Positions 45,966 to 56,898 are shown, counted from the first letter of the whole stretch. The stretch: DNA of 63,645 nucleotides, filler included, from an uncultured bacterium (GCA_964471275.1; 3 parts of 3 records of this genome joined end to end with filler, not necessarily neighbours in it), one strand, 5' to 3'. Notes: generated from the sequence alone by a model not told the origin. Translations and numbers: made by a program.

Positions 45966-47828
45966 TCACTTTATGATCCGCAGGCGCCAGGAGTCCTTTG
46001 GTTTCGGGGCCAGGGCACGCAGGTTGACTCGGTACAGAACACTGCCCCATATGCCGGCCAGCCGAGGATCGTCGATCTCGATCGGTTCGACGTGAGGTCG
46101 GAAGTGTTCGGCGTCATATAGAATCGTACCTGAACCCGTCATCAGGTTATCGGGCAGGTCGCGCCCGGTCAGGATCAGTGTTCCCGGGGTCTTGTCGTCG
46201 ACGAGCGAAGGGGTCATCAGGTGCTGGTAGAATCGGTCTCTTATTCTGTCAACTTCGTAGACGTCCGTGAGGAAGATGGTATCGGGCCGTTCGAGCCGGA
46301 TGTTGCGGTTCCAGGAGACAATACCCGCTTCGCCGGGGTAAGCATTGGCGATGTCGAGTGTCAGCGAGCTGTTCCGGTTTCCGTGGCTGCAGTTCGCCCG
46401 GGATGATCGGTATTCCTCGCCTTCTTTCTGCTCATACCCGTTGATGGTGGGCACGTTGTGGTATGCGGATCTCATTGTGAAGAGATCGTAGCGCGTGTTG
46501 CTGAATGTCTGGCGAGTGTAGGTTCCCACTCCGGCATCGACGATTAGAGGTCGGCCGTCGTTGTAGACGATGAATGTGCCAACGTCGTTGTGGTTGTGAC
46601 TCTCTGCGTTGTGTCCGCCCTTTGCACCGAGATAAAATCCCCTGGGCGTGCCTGCCGATTCGCGTGCACACATGACTTCGATCTTGTCCAGCCAGACTTG
46701 AGACTCGTAAGGGTAGGCAGCACCGTGAACGGCATCATCGTCGCCACTGAAAAGCACCGGCAGATAGCGTTGCAGAGACTCGACACGAGACGTGTGGGAT
46801 CTGGCGAGAAGAGAGGCACCAAAGGATGACATTTTCGCGTCGCCGACGCGATCTCCGAATCGGTGGACCAGGAAGGGCGAGGGTTTCACGCGTGCGGATG
46901 CATCGGCAAAGTTGACATACCACTCCCCGTCGATGTGCATTCGATAGATGAAACTCGCCATCTCGCCGACCAGGGGTTCGCCGTAGACGTTTAGCGAATC
47001 GTTCGTTCCCAGTGACAGCAGTTCGAGGCAGTCGAACAGAGATGCGGCGGCACGGCCCCAGTATCCCGGTCCTTCATCACAGCCCCCATCCGATGGGTAG
47101 GTCTCGATGAAGACGTCGAGACTGCGAAGAATCTTCTGTACAGCAAGTGTCCTCCGCTCCCCTTCTTCCTGCAACAACACGCACGTCAGCCAGTTCGAGT
47201 TGATCCACGGGTTCCAGTTGTTGACGCGTCGTGAGCTGAATCCCATCCACCAGAAGTCATTCCGCGTCCGATTCGGCTCGAGCACGCGTGTCTCGATCTC
47301 GTAACGAATACGATCCGGCACGAGTGACGAGATGGAAGCCAGCTGGGGTTCCAGAAGGTAGTTGACCCAGGCGAGGAAGGCACCCGTCTCCGCCGTAAAG
47401 AGGTCGACGACGCGTTCATTCGGATCCGGGAAATCGGGCCCCGCCTTCTGTAGACCCAATGCCCCAAGGTTCCCCCAGTAGGATTCCTCGCACGTGCACC
47501 AGATTCCGTTGACAATGTCATCGAGGAAACGCCCGTTGCTCTCGAAACACTCGGCGAGGACCAGGTCTGCGAGTGCGGATCGACGGATGGATCGTGTGCT
47601 TTCGGGTGTTTTCCGGTCGCCGTGGCGGAGGAACCCCAGAATCATACGGGCGGGGATGGCAGGCCATTCGAAATCCAGTCTGTCCTCGCCTCGCCTGATG
47701 TGAGCAGATCGCGTGTCTGAATCGATCGCATCCCAACGGGCCCGTTCGGAGCCAGCTGGATACGGGTAGAAGTCCGACCGAGAGATAAGGACTTTCTCGA
47801 CGATGTCGTGGTATCGATCTGAGAGCAT
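45966..47828 (-). CDS. Heparinase II/III-family lyase, PL33-like (paralogue 2)
   Basis: Same motif set; starts MLS, no signal peptide. Confidence 0.85.
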   Translation of the reverse strand: MLSDRYHDIVEKVLISRSDFYPYPAGSERARWDAIDSDTRSAHIRRGEDRLDFEWPAIPARMILGFLRHGDRKTPESTRSIRRSALADLVLAECFESNGRFLDDIVNGIWCTCEESYWGNLGALGLQKAGPDFPDPNERVVDLFTAETGAFLAWVNYLLEPQLASISSLVPDRIRYEIETRVLEPNRTRNDFWWMGFSSRRVNNWNPWINSNWLTCVLLQEEGERRTLAVQKILRSLDVFIETYPSDGGCDEGPGYWGRAAASLFDCLELLSLGTNDSLNVYGEPLVGEMASFIYRMHIDGEWYVNFADASARVKPSPFLVHRFGDRVGDAKMSSFGASLLARSHTSRVESLQRYLPVLFSGDDDAVHGAAYPYESQVWLDKIEVMCARESAGTPRGFYLGAKGGHNAESHNHNDVGTFIVYNDGRPLIVDAGVGTYTRQTFSNTRYDLFTMRSAYHNVPTINGYEQKEGEEYRSSRANCSHGNRNSSLTLDIANAYPGEAGIVSWNRNIRLERPDTIFLTDVYEVDRIRDRFYQHLMTPSLVDDKTPGTLILTGRDLPDNLMTGSGTILYDAEHFRPHVEPIEIDDPRLAGIWGSVLYRVNLRALAPKPKDSWRLRIIK

Positions 47829-47877
47829 AGCCTTGTCGCCTGTGAGCCGTCGCGCGGCGCGGGACGGATCTCGTCAG

Positions 47878-50019
47878 TCAATAGATTGAATCGCCGACAG
47901 ACACGGGCATACCGCCTCCCCAGAGGTGAGACCCGTTTGCGAGATGAAGCGCTTCGATGACACCTGATGGATCCACGATCATCGCGCCGGCTTCGGCGTC
48001 TGTCTCGCCTTCGCGGATTCCGACGGTGTGTCTGCCCGGCACACGCTGGAGGAAATTGATCTGCCGTCCGTCGTTCAGGCGGATCAGGCCGCCTACTGCA
48101 GGCACGGTCGCGGGTGAGATCGGGAGTGCACTGACCGATTCGACCGGACACGACTCGCCCTGTGCGGCGGGCGAGATCACATAGGACTGGATCGTGACAC
48201 CTGATCCCGAGAACGTGAATACCGCGGTCGGCGACGGATGACAGCAGAAGATGTCACCTCCTTTGGGCATCCAGCCTCGCAAGTTTGGTTCACGCTCACC
48301 TCTGGCAATCCGAAGTGTTGTGTCTGCCCGTCCAAGACCGTGGATGGTGCATCCCGGACCGCTCTCACTCGGCATATCTGCCGTCAGTCCGTTTGCCGAG
48401 GCCTTGTCGGCGGTAAAGTTGAACGCAGACTCATACGCGTGCGTTCCCCCGTCGGATGGTGTCAGAATGTCGCTGACGATCCAGAGATCGGGTTTGACGT
48501 AGAGGATCGATCGTCGGTGCGTTACCGACTTGTCGATATCGGGCCCGTAACCCTCATCGTACACGGCTGACACATAGTCGAATCCGGGTTCAGTGAGCCA
48601 CGTGTGTGGTAGCGGCTCGGACACGATGTATTCCTCGCGTGGTTTGCCCTGCTGCCGCTGTCCCATCCCGTCGACGATGACGGTGTTGTGGGACCAGGAG
48701 GAGAGCATGTAACGTCGCCACTCAGATGTGTCATACTGGAAGTTCCCGGGATCGGCGATCAGCGTTTGGCCGTGTGCGTGCAGGATGATGTTGAGTTTGT
48801 CCTCGTGCTGGTGACCGTAGCCGTAGGGGCCGCCGTCAAAGAACATGCCTGAATCACCCGGTTCCCACCCGGACCGCATCACGAAGTGACCCGCGTAGGG
48901 AAACACAGTCGAGGATGCGTCGAGCGGTTCTCCGGATGCACCTTCTGTGGCAGCCCACTCGAAGTCCTTGCGCGTCGGAAAGAACTCGTGCGCCTCTCGC
49001 ATCGCCGAGCGAACATCGTATGCACTGCTGTCGTTGACGGCAGGCATACGCAGGTCGGGAAGGGAAACGTAGAGACTGTAGTTGTAAGCCTTTTCGAGCG
49101 ATGCAAGGTAGTCGGCCGGAACATCGAGATCGTTCAGAAGTGCCGTTCTGTAGGCCAGGACGAAGTTCCGCAGACTGACGTGATGGTAGCCGCTCGCGAG
49201 TTCGATCTGGGCGCCGTCGGGATACATCTGAAGGTCGATTTCCTGACGGAGACGCGCCATCGCTGTCTCTCGCCAGTTGCCTGAGTCTGAGAACTCGGGG
49301 AAGTAGGCGCCAATATGGTAGAGCCCGTTGGCTTCCATCACGCCCCAGTTGGAGAGCGACCGAAAATGGACAGGATCCATCAGGTACTCTGCGTGATGCC
49401 GGAAGGCTTTGATCATGGCGATACAGTCGCTGTCGGTGAAGGCGGCTGCGTTCAGGAAGGTATAGAAGGCAGGAACCCACGTCTGGCCCATCCGGATGCC
49501 GGCATCGAGTGACAGCGACATCTTGCCCTCCGGAGCCCACCCGGCCTGCACCCACCGGGGACCGATTTCGACAGGCATCGCTTCGATCCAGCTCCTCAGC
49601 TGGGCGACGAACTCTTCGGCATACTTCTCGCTTCCTGTTGCCAGGTAGGCTTTGCCCAACGTGATCCAGTGGAAATGGCGATTGAAGCTGATCGCCCATT
49701 GCTCGTAGTCGACCGGGTCCTCGTTCCAGGCAATCTCTCTGCCTAGCTGCTGCGGAGGATGCCCGACAAACTCGAAGAGATGCTTGCAGATCCGATCGGC
49801 TTCTGCGACGACACTGTCCGCGGACCATCCGTGCCCTCTCTGGTCCTGCTGTTCGTCCAGGGAAGGCGAGACCGGGTGCGAGCGTGTCTTCAAGTGCGCG
49901 ATGAACTCTGTGCGCGCGAGCGCAAGGTCATCGGCATTGACAGCCTGAGCGACACGCTCCAGTCCGTCTACGGAGAGGTCGAGTTCTTCGAAGAGCTGCC
50001 AGTCGGTGATGAGATCCAT
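47878..50019 (-). CDS. Heparinase III (PL12)-like lyase
   Basis: NRHFHW..LGKAY, SNWGVMEANGL, PDGAQIELASGYH, MRSGW, HQHEDKL, HNTVIVDG; no signal peptide. Confidence 0.8.
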   Translation of the reverse strand: MDLITDWQLFEELDLSVDGLERVAQAVNADDLALARTEFIAHLKTRSHPVSPSLDEQQDQRGHGWSADSVVAEADRICKHLFEFVGHPPQQLGREIAWNEDPVDYEQWAISFNRHFHWITLGKAYLATGSEKYAEEFVAQLRSWIEAMPVEIGPRWVQAGWAPEGKMSLSLDAGIRMGQTWVPAFYTFLNAAAFTDSDCIAMIKAFRHHAEYLMDPVHFRSLSNWGVMEANGLYHIGAYFPEFSDSGNWRETAMARLRQEIDLQMYPDGAQIELASGYHHVSLRNFVLAYRTALLNDLDVPADYLASLEKAYNYSLYVSLPDLRMPAVNDSSAYDVRSAMREAHEFFPTRKDFEWAATEGASGEPLDASSTVFPYAGHFVMRSGWEPGDSGMFFDGGPYGYGHQHEDKLNIILHAHGQTLIADPGNFQYDTSEWRRYMLSSWSHNTVIVDGMGQRQQGKPREEYIVSEPLPHTWLTEPGFDYVSAVYDEGYGPDIDKSVTHRRSILYVKPDLWIVSDILTPSDGGTHAYESAFNFTADKASANGLTADMPSESGPGCTIHGLGRADTTLRIARGEREPNLRGWMPKGGDIFCCHPSPTAVFTFSGSGVTIQSYVISPAAQGESCPVESVSALPISPATVPAVGGLIRLNDGRQINFLQRVPGRHTVGIREGETDAEAGAMIVDPSGVIEALHLANGSHLWGGGMPVSVGDSIY

Positions 50020-50155
50020 GCTTCATCTCGGGAGTTATGGAGACGACAGGACTGGTATCGCCTCGTCAGGAGAACACTGCAACGAGCAAGTTCGATGTCA
50101 GCGGCCGCACCGTGTGCAGGGAGAAAGGCAACCTGTCACGCGTTCTGCCGAGGTC

Positions 50156-52063
50156 CTAACGACTGATCCGATAGGTCCAGGCATCTTCGGTCGCCGGCTT
50201 CTCAGCGATCAGAACGACTCGGATCAACTCCGGTCCCCAGACGGAGCTCAAACATGTGTCCGTTATCGGAACCTTTTCAACCGATACGCTGCGCCCTGCC
50301 GGGTACTGCATTGTTGCCTGGCCTGACTCTCGTCCGTCACCAAAGTTGCGCTTTGACAGCCGAATCGTACCCGGGTCCGAGATATCGACGTTACACGGCG
50401 TCAGAAAGCTGACCGTGATCTCGCCGGGGGCTTTCGATAATCTGTAGGTGTCCGTGACCTGTATGTGGCTGCCTCGCTCGAGCGTCACACCTCGAATCCA
50501 GCTCTCGATCCCGGCCTCGCCGTATGCTGAGGCGATATCCAGGGCCACCTTTGCTGTCGTATCGGTGGTGGTGTAGGTCGCGTCTGTTGCTCTATGCTCT
50601 GGCCCAGCCAACTGCTCGGCGCCATCGATTGTGGGCAGCAGCGAATGATACGACGAGATCATCGTCCAGATCGTGTATCGATCCGGACCGAATGTCTTGC
50701 GCGTGTATGTCTCCACGCCAGCGTCGACGATGACCGGCTTGCCATCGGTGTAGACGACGAAGTTGCCGATGTCGTTGTGATTGTGACTTTCCTCGTTGTT
50801 CCCACCTTTGACCGCAAGGTAGAGGCCCTCAGACGACCCTTCGATATCCCGGGCAGTCATAACCTCGATCTCATCCATCCAGACGTCTCGAGGCAACGGT
50901 TCCCGTACCTCCACGTTCTCGAGTTCCTGGAACGTGAACAACGCCGGCAGCAGGCGGCCCACGGTATCTTGCAGATGATTCGCCGGCCGATCGGACCGGC
51001 TGGCGAACCACGCGCCAAGCGACATCATTTTCGGGTCGTCGATGCGCTGGCCGTAGCGGTGAATCAGTGAGGGGGAATGCGATACAATGGCACTGGCGTC
51101 CGCGAAATTCAAGAAGTAATCCCCCGCGATCTGTGCTCGATACACATACTGACCGATGTTCCTGATCTTGGCATCCTCATAGACATTCACTTTACCGTCT
51201 GTGGCCGAAAGGATCAGTTCGAGACAGTCGAACAAGGAGGCTCCGGCACGTCCCCAGTAACCGGGACCTTCGTCACATCCGCCATCGGCAGGATAGGGAT
51301 CAATGAAGTTGTCCACCGTCTGCAGTGCTTTGTAGAAGCAGCGGCTCCGTCGGTCGTCGTCGGCTTCGGTCAGCAGAAGAGCCGACAACCAGTTGGAGAC
51401 GATCCAGGGGTTCCAGTTGTTGACGCGTCTCGCCGAGGTCTTTCCCGAGGATGTGGGGCGATTAATCGTATATCCCATCCAGCCGAAGTCATCCCGCTGT
51501 TCCAGCGGCGTTAAGCCACGTTCGTCGATTTCGAGTACAAGACGAGGGCGAATGAGGGGCGAGATCTCGTCGAAGGCCTCACCGATGAGGTAGTAAGTCC
51601 ACGCCAGAAGATTGAACGTTTCCGCGACAAAGAGGTCGACGGTACGCTCATCGGTGTCCGGCAGCCCCGGTCCCGCCGCCTGGAGAAACATGTGTGCCGG
51701 TACGCCCCAGAAAGACTCCTCACAGATTGCCCATACACCGTTGACGATGTCATCGAGAAATCGACTTTTTCCTTCGGCACACTCAGCCACAACCAGCTTC
51801 AGCAGCTTACGTCTCCGTTCGAAGCTGATCGCCTCGAAGTTGGATCGATTGCCGTCTCTTGCGAACTGGAGGAATGTAGTAGCCGGAAGGGAAGGCCAAT
51901 CAAATCCGAGACCCTCCTCGCCTCTCTTGACCAGGCTGGATCTGACATCCTCGGGCAGACCGCCCCAAGACTCACGATCCTGCAGGCGCGGGCAGGGATG
52001 AAAGTTATCTCTTGAGAGAAGCAGTGATTTGTACTGTGACTCCGAGTGCAGCTGTGAAAGCAT
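50156..52063 (-). CDS. Heparinase II/III-family lyase, PL33-like (paralogue 1)
   Basis: RVNNWNPWI, DGGCDEGPGYW, KGGNNEESHNHND. Start re-called at ATG 52063 (MLSQ) after GAGG. Confidence 0.85.
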   Translation of the reverse strand: MLSQLHSESQYKSLLLSRDNFHPCPRLQDRESWGGLPEDVRSSLVKRGEEGLGFDWPSLPATTFLQFARDGNRSNFEAISFERRRKLLKLVVAECAEGKSRFLDDIVNGVWAICEESFWGVPAHMFLQAAGPGLPDTDERTVDLFVAETFNLLAWTYYLIGEAFDEISPLIRPRLVLEIDERGLTPLEQRDDFGWMGYTINRPTSSGKTSARRVNNWNPWIVSNWLSALLLTEADDDRRSRCFYKALQTVDNFIDPYPADGGCDEGPGYWGRAGASLFDCLELILSATDGKVNVYEDAKIRNIGQYVYRAQIAGDYFLNFADASAIVSHSPSLIHRYGQRIDDPKMMSLGAWFASRSDRPANHLQDTVGRLLPALFTFQELENVEVREPLPRDVWMDEIEVMTARDIEGSSEGLYLAVKGGNNEESHNHNDIGNFVVYTDGKPVIVDAGVETYTRKTFGPDRYTIWTMISSYHSLLPTIDGAEQLAGPEHRATDATYTTTDTTAKVALDIASAYGEAGIESWIRGVTLERGSHIQVTDTYRLSKAPGEITVSFLTPCNVDISDPGTIRLSKRNFGDGRESGQATMQYPAGRSVSVEKVPITDTCLSSVWGPELIRVVLIAEKPATEDAWTYRISR

Positions 52064-52389
52064 TGCGTATCCTCTGTTGCATATGCGTATTGAGGAGCAG
52101 AAGCATATAGTAAGCGGGCAAATAGGCAAATAGGCAAACGAACCGGGGCATAGAGTGGGTGAAGGCAGATTCCGGGATGGGGTATGGTTATGCGAATCCA
52201 GATCATGACCGAACGAACGCCAGGCGTATGGCGCTGACAGAAGGACCAGTGCCTGAGATTGCGATGAGGGTTCTATGTCAAGATGCCGGGAGTTGTATCT
52301 GATGATGTGACTGCGTCCATCCGGGCAATAGATACTCGTTTGGCGAGGGGATCGATCGAACCGGCAATGCCCGAGAGAACGAGATTCTG

Positions 52390-53080
52390 TCAGGTGATCA
52401 GGTCGATCAGTTCTCTGGCGCGGCCGATGTAAGCACCGGGTGTGAGCGAGAGAAGACGTGCCTTGTCACCGGGGTCAATATCAAGAGATTCGACGAGTTC
52501 CTTGATATCAGATTCGGTGATGGACTCGCCACGGGTAAGCTGTTTAAGCGTTTCATACGGGTTGTCGACCCTATTCTTGCGCATTATAGTCTGGACGGCT
52601 TCAGCGAGGACTTCCCAGCTGTTGTCGAGGATGGTTGATAGGGCCGACTTGTCGACGGTGATCCGGGAGACACCACGGATGGCAGATTTGAGAGCGAGCG
52701 TTGCGTAACCGATGCCGACACCGATGTTGCGGAGGGCAGACGAATCGGACAGATCTCGCTGCAGGCGGGAGACCGCAAGTTTGGATGACAGGTGATCGAG
52801 TACGCTGTTGCTGAGCCCCAGATTTGCTTCCGAGTTTTCGAAGTCGATCGGGTTCACCTTGTGAGGCATGATCGAGGAACCCACTTCGGTCTTGACAACC
52901 TTCTGCTTGAAGTAGCCCATGGAGATGTAGGTCCAGGCGTCACGGTCGAAATCCAGCGTGATGTTGTTGAACCTGACGAGCGCGTGGAAGGTCTCAGCAA
53001 TGTAGTCGTGAGACTCGATCTGCGTGGTCAGCGGGTTGAACGTCAGATCCATCGATTCGACAAATCCGCGCGCGATCGTA
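52390..53080 (-). CDS. purB: Adenylosuccinate lyase, C-terminal part (5' end cut at contig edge)
   Basis: TTQIESHD, GSSIMPHKVNPIDFENSE, SRLQRDLSDS, WEVLAEAVQT. Confidence 0.95.
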
Positions 53081-53180
53081 NNNNNNNNNNNNNNNNNNNN
53101 NNNNNNNNNNNNNNNNNNNNNNNNTTAATTAATTAANNNNNNNNNNNNNNNNNNNNNNNNNNNNNNNNNNNNNNNNNNNN
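53081..53180. other. Artificial contig-joining linker
   Basis: 44 N + TTAATTAATTAA + 44 N. Confidence 0.97.
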
Positions 53181-53716
53181 AGCCCGGGAGGATCCGCCCT
53201 GCACAATCAGGCTTTGATAGACGTCGAAGCCGGTAGATATCGCGTCTTCATTGAGCACCAGGGTTCCCTCGATGACCGAGTCACCCTGGTGAGTGGTAGC
53301 CTGATCATCAAGGTCTACGAATAGGGACACCGAGAGCCAACTCGGTCTTGTGACAGAAGGCCTCGCCACGCGGATACAAGTCATATAATATGTCGGCGAA
53401 ATTCTGTGAGGCCATCATCGGGGTCCACAGCAACGCACGTTAGAGACCACCCTCGTGAAGATTCGGCGGTAGCCCGATGGTCAATATCCTAGCCACGTCC
53501 CCTTGTCGCGACCCTCACACAACCAGCACAGGATCGCAGTCAGAAATCAGCACACGCCAGACAACACAACCCCAGATTAGGATGTGCCGGGAGTCCCTTG
53601 CTGGCAATACCGGAGAGGAAAGATCGGTTGGTCAAACGAATGCTTATCGCCCTTGGACTGATCCTGGCCATCGGGATCACAATACGATCAGAGCTATTCG
53701 GGCAGGAAAAGGTCGA

Positions 53717-53881
53717 CTCGATAGATGGCAATACACGGTGCTACGCCACAGTCAACACCTGAGGGAAGGCGGATTGACCTCGAACGGCTCCAGAATCTCT
53801 GGCAAGGAAGGCTGGGAAGTTGCGTCTTCCTATTCGGCAAGAGGAGAAACTGTGGTCCCAATTCTCAAACGCCGTCGCTAG
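53717..53881 (+). pseudogene. Degraded DUF4177-like small-protein gene
   Basis: WQYTV..GKEGWEVASS..ILKR in one frame, with the expected DLERLQNL segment in another frame; no proper start codon. Confidence 0.4.
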
Positions 53882-55587
53882 CTGACAGCCAATCGACGCG
53901 CCCGATTAACAGCTCCGATGATTTCTAGCTCCCTGACCCAGACCGTTCTCCCTGAAGGATAGTCGGTCAGTGCGTCCAGACCGTCCTGCTCAACTCGCGT
54001 CATCACCTCACGGATCAGATCTCTGAGTGAAGTTTCGCCGTCGATTCCTCCCTGAACAAGCAGCAACGCGTTCCCGAGGCCTTCCATCTGGCCACCAACG
54101 CATAGCTGCTCGAGTCCAGTGACATCAATAGAATCGTCCCCAATCCGCAGTTCCTTGCCTCGCTTGGTTGCTCGTAGCCTTCCCGATCGACTTCGAACAT
54201 CCCACGCCGTCGGTTTACGTGCCGCGGCAGCATATTCCCAGCGAGTCTCCCGTGATTCCTCGATTGAAGCTGGCAGGTCTACCGCAATCTGTCGAGCCTC
54301 CTCCGTTACCTCATCGACCACATAGCCTGTAAGTCGAAGCACACAGTCCACCCTACCCAGGTAGGCACCCGAGCCCCCCACGGCCATCAGAAACGAGATC
54401 CCGATATCTGATAGAGACCTGACGAAATGTAGCAGGGGCTTGATCGGCTCATTCTCATCCGGAACCAATCGAGCCATTCGGGAGTCGCGCACCAGGAGGT
54501 TACTGGCCGATGTATCCTCGTCTATCAGGACCGTGGTGGCACCCGCCTCCAGATTCTCTACGATACTTGCTGCCTGCGAGGTGCTACCACTTGCGTCCTG
54601 AGTAGAAAATGTGGCAGGATCGCCCCCCGAGGGTAGATCACCGATTAGCGGTCGTAGGTCTACACTACAAATACTCCGACCTTCTTCGGACCGTACTTTC
54701 ACCGCATCCGGGACGGCAACAACGTGCTCACGACCGTCACCCGGAATGTGGTTGTAGATCCCTCGCTCGACTGCCTTAAGCAGTGTCGATTTACCGTGAA
54801 AGCCGCCTCCTGTGACCAGAGTGATTCCTGTTCTCAGACCCATACCGATCAATTCACCGGCGTGCGGGACACCTATCCTGGTTTAGAGGGAAGGTGGACT
54901 GGTGAACCGAACAACATCATCCCCAACCATGGGATGGTCGTCAGCTCCGGATTGTCTGGGCAGAACCGATCCGTTGGCGATGAAGCCGATCAGCCCGAGA
55001 CCTGCAAGCTGTGCACGCAGAGCGTCCTGATCTTCATTCGTGTCGACATGCCCCTGAAGTGACCGCAGATCCAGACTGTCCGCCTGTGTAGACTTGCGCA
55101 CGATCTCAGGTACCTCCTCCAGAAGAACAGCCCCTGCATCGCCTGCCTTGATTCTTCTTCCGTCGGCAGGAAGACCAACAAACATCCTTGCCTCAAAGGC
55201 ATCCCCCTTCAACTGGACAGATGTACGCTCGATGATCTCCTGCCCGGGACACGCCACCTCGATGACCCCGCTGTTGCCTGTTCCTCGGTGCCCTCTGGCT
55301 ATGTCTGCAATCTCGTGTGCAAGCCGCCTTGTGAGGAAATCGCAGAGACCAACCCGTCTGCTCCGGTTCGACCAAAGGTCAGTGTCCAGTCCGGTCACTT
55401 CAGTCGGAGCAAAAACACGAACGAGCGTTGGTGGAGCGAACGGATCGCGCTGAACACGGTCGATCTGCAGCGTGAATTCCCCGAAGCTGAATGCACCCTC
55501 GATAGACCGATAGTTCGGATACCCTCTACCATTGATGCCATCCAGAATGCCCTTGAGACTTGCCGAAGGTCTAGGATCTCTGCGCAC
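53878..55587 (-). pseudogene. ABC-class ATPase domain protein (COG3044-like) interrupted by in-frame TAA at 54883-54885
   Basis: N part: GRGYPNY..DRVQRDPFAPP, VGLPADGRRI, FIANGSVLPRQSG. C part: GGGFHGKSTLL, NHIPGDGRE, DASGSTSQAA, IDEDTSA. Both are in one frame, linked by SPPSL*TRIGVPHAGELIGMG. Confidence 0.8.
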
Positions 55588-55714
55588 CTGCAATAATCTC
55601 CCAAGTGTGAGCCGCGGACGTCGATCAGTGGCTGCCGCACGGTAGCGCCGGCGTACATAACGAGAGGGTTCAGACAACAGCCTGAACCCCCTCGCAGAAC
55701 TGCCAATAGAAGCG

Positions 55715-56158
55715 CTACTCCTTAACGACCCAGACTTTCACCTTAGCTTCTACCTGTGGGTGAAGCCGGATCGGCACATCGTAGACCCCGAGCGCTCGAA
55801 TCGGTTCATCGAGCTGAATCGTGCGACGATCGATCTTGAAGCCCTGTCCCTTCAGCTGATCACCGATCTGCTGATTCGTCACCGACCCGAAGATTCGATC
55901 CTCTTCTCCGACTGCAACAGCAATTGTGACCGACACCTTGCCGAGCGCCGCGGCACGGTCTTCTGCATCCTTCTGCTCTCTCGCAAGCTGCGCTCCCTGC
56001 TGGCTCTTGGCTGCTTCGTAAACCGCCAAGTTGCTGCTGCTGGCTACAAGTGCCAATTTGCGCGGAAGTAGGTAATTGCGCGCAAAGCCGGGCTTGACGT
56101 CGACAATTTCACCGGCGTCGCCGACGTGTTCAAGCGTTTCCGTCAGAATGATTTTCAT
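55715..56158 (-). CDS. rplI: 50S ribosomal protein L9
   Basis: MKIIL..VKPGFARNYLLP, IFGSVT, PIRALG, LHP. Confidence 0.98.
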   Translation of the reverse strand: MKIILTETLEHVGDAGEIVDVKPGFARNYLLPRKLALVASSSNLAVYEAAKSQQGAQLAREQKDAEDRAAALGKVSVTIAVAVGEEDRIFGSVTNQQIGDQLKGQGFKIDRRTIQLDEPIRALGVYDVPIRLHPQVEAKVKVWVVKE

Positions 56159-56169
56159 CGCATACTCCC

Positions 56170-56397
56170 TTACTTGCTCGTCTCAGAGGCGTAAGGCAGG
56201 ACGGCGATATTCCGAGCCCGCTTGATCGCACTGGTTAGTTGTCTTTGGTGTCTGGCGCAGGTACCGGTCATCCGTCTGGGGATCACCTTGCCTCGCTCAG
56301 TCACAAAACGTCTGAGCAGACGATCGTCCTTGTAATCGATACAAATAGCTTTGTCTTCACAAAACCGGCAAACCTTCACTCGTCCACGCACGTTCAT
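56170..56397 (-). CDS. rpsR: 30S ribosomal protein S18 (Zn-binding form)
   Basis: [29 protein letters not shown]. Confidence 0.98.
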   Translation of the reverse strand: MNVRGRVKVCRFCEDKAICIDYKDDRLLRRFVTERGKVIPRRMTGTCARHQRQLTSAIKRARNIAVLPYASETSK

Positions 56398-56783
56398 TCT
56401 TTGCCCTCCTCTTCTTCCGAGTCGTCGGTTCCGCCATCCGCGCTTTCCGCAGTCTCCTCGATGCTGGGTTCCTCTGTAACGGGAACGACCGGTGCCTCAT
56501 CCATCTTGACGAACAGATGTCGAAGGATACCCTGATCCAGCCTCAGAAGGCGATCCATTTCATGAATCATCAGGGGTTCGCCGCTGAATTGGAAGAACGT
56601 GTAATCAGCTTGCAACTGCTTGTTGATCTCGTAAGCCAGCTTCCGGACACCGCGCTTCTCCGCAACAACCGGATCCGCACCGTTGTCGTTCAGGAAGGAC
56701 TCGTACTTCCCTACCGTCTGATTGACTGCTTCATCGCCTGCCTGCGAATCCACAATCAAAGTCAGCTCGTAATGCCTTGTCAT
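56394..56783 (-). CDS. rpsF: 30S ribosomal protein S6
   Basis: [23 protein letters not shown], acidic tail. Confidence 0.96.
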   Translation of the reverse strand: MTRHYELTLIVDSQAGDEAVNQTVGKYESFLNDNGADPVVAEKRGVRKLAYEINKQLQADYTFFQFSGEPLMIHEMDRLLRLDQGILRHLFVKMDEAPVVPVTEEPSIEETAESADGGTDDSEEEEGKE

Positions 56784-56784
56784 A

Positions 56785-56832
56785 CAACCTCCCCTGGACT
56801 ATCGGCTCAGCATATCGTCTGAGCGGGGGTTG
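56785..56832 (-). promoter_or_regulatory. S6:S18 ribosomal protein leader RNA (autoregulatory)
   Basis: CAACCCCC can pair with the SD-containing GGGGAGGTTG; an inner hairpin CTCAG/CTGAG is followed by CCG, directly upstream of rpsF. Confidence 0.6.
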
Positions 56833-56898
56833 GACGTATCGGGATAGCCCTTCTGGCTATCCCGGAACCCGAGACGTTCTCGAGCTCCTTATCGGGTT

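Noticed and set aside
33737..52063. Diversity-generating retroelement or cassette shuffling behind the paralogue array
   Set aside because: No reverse transcriptase, recombinase or near-identical template/variable repeat is visible; similarity is at protein-motif level.
53181..53700. Short ORFs at the start of contig 3
   Set aside because: No recognisable motif or convincing start; possibly decayed sequence.
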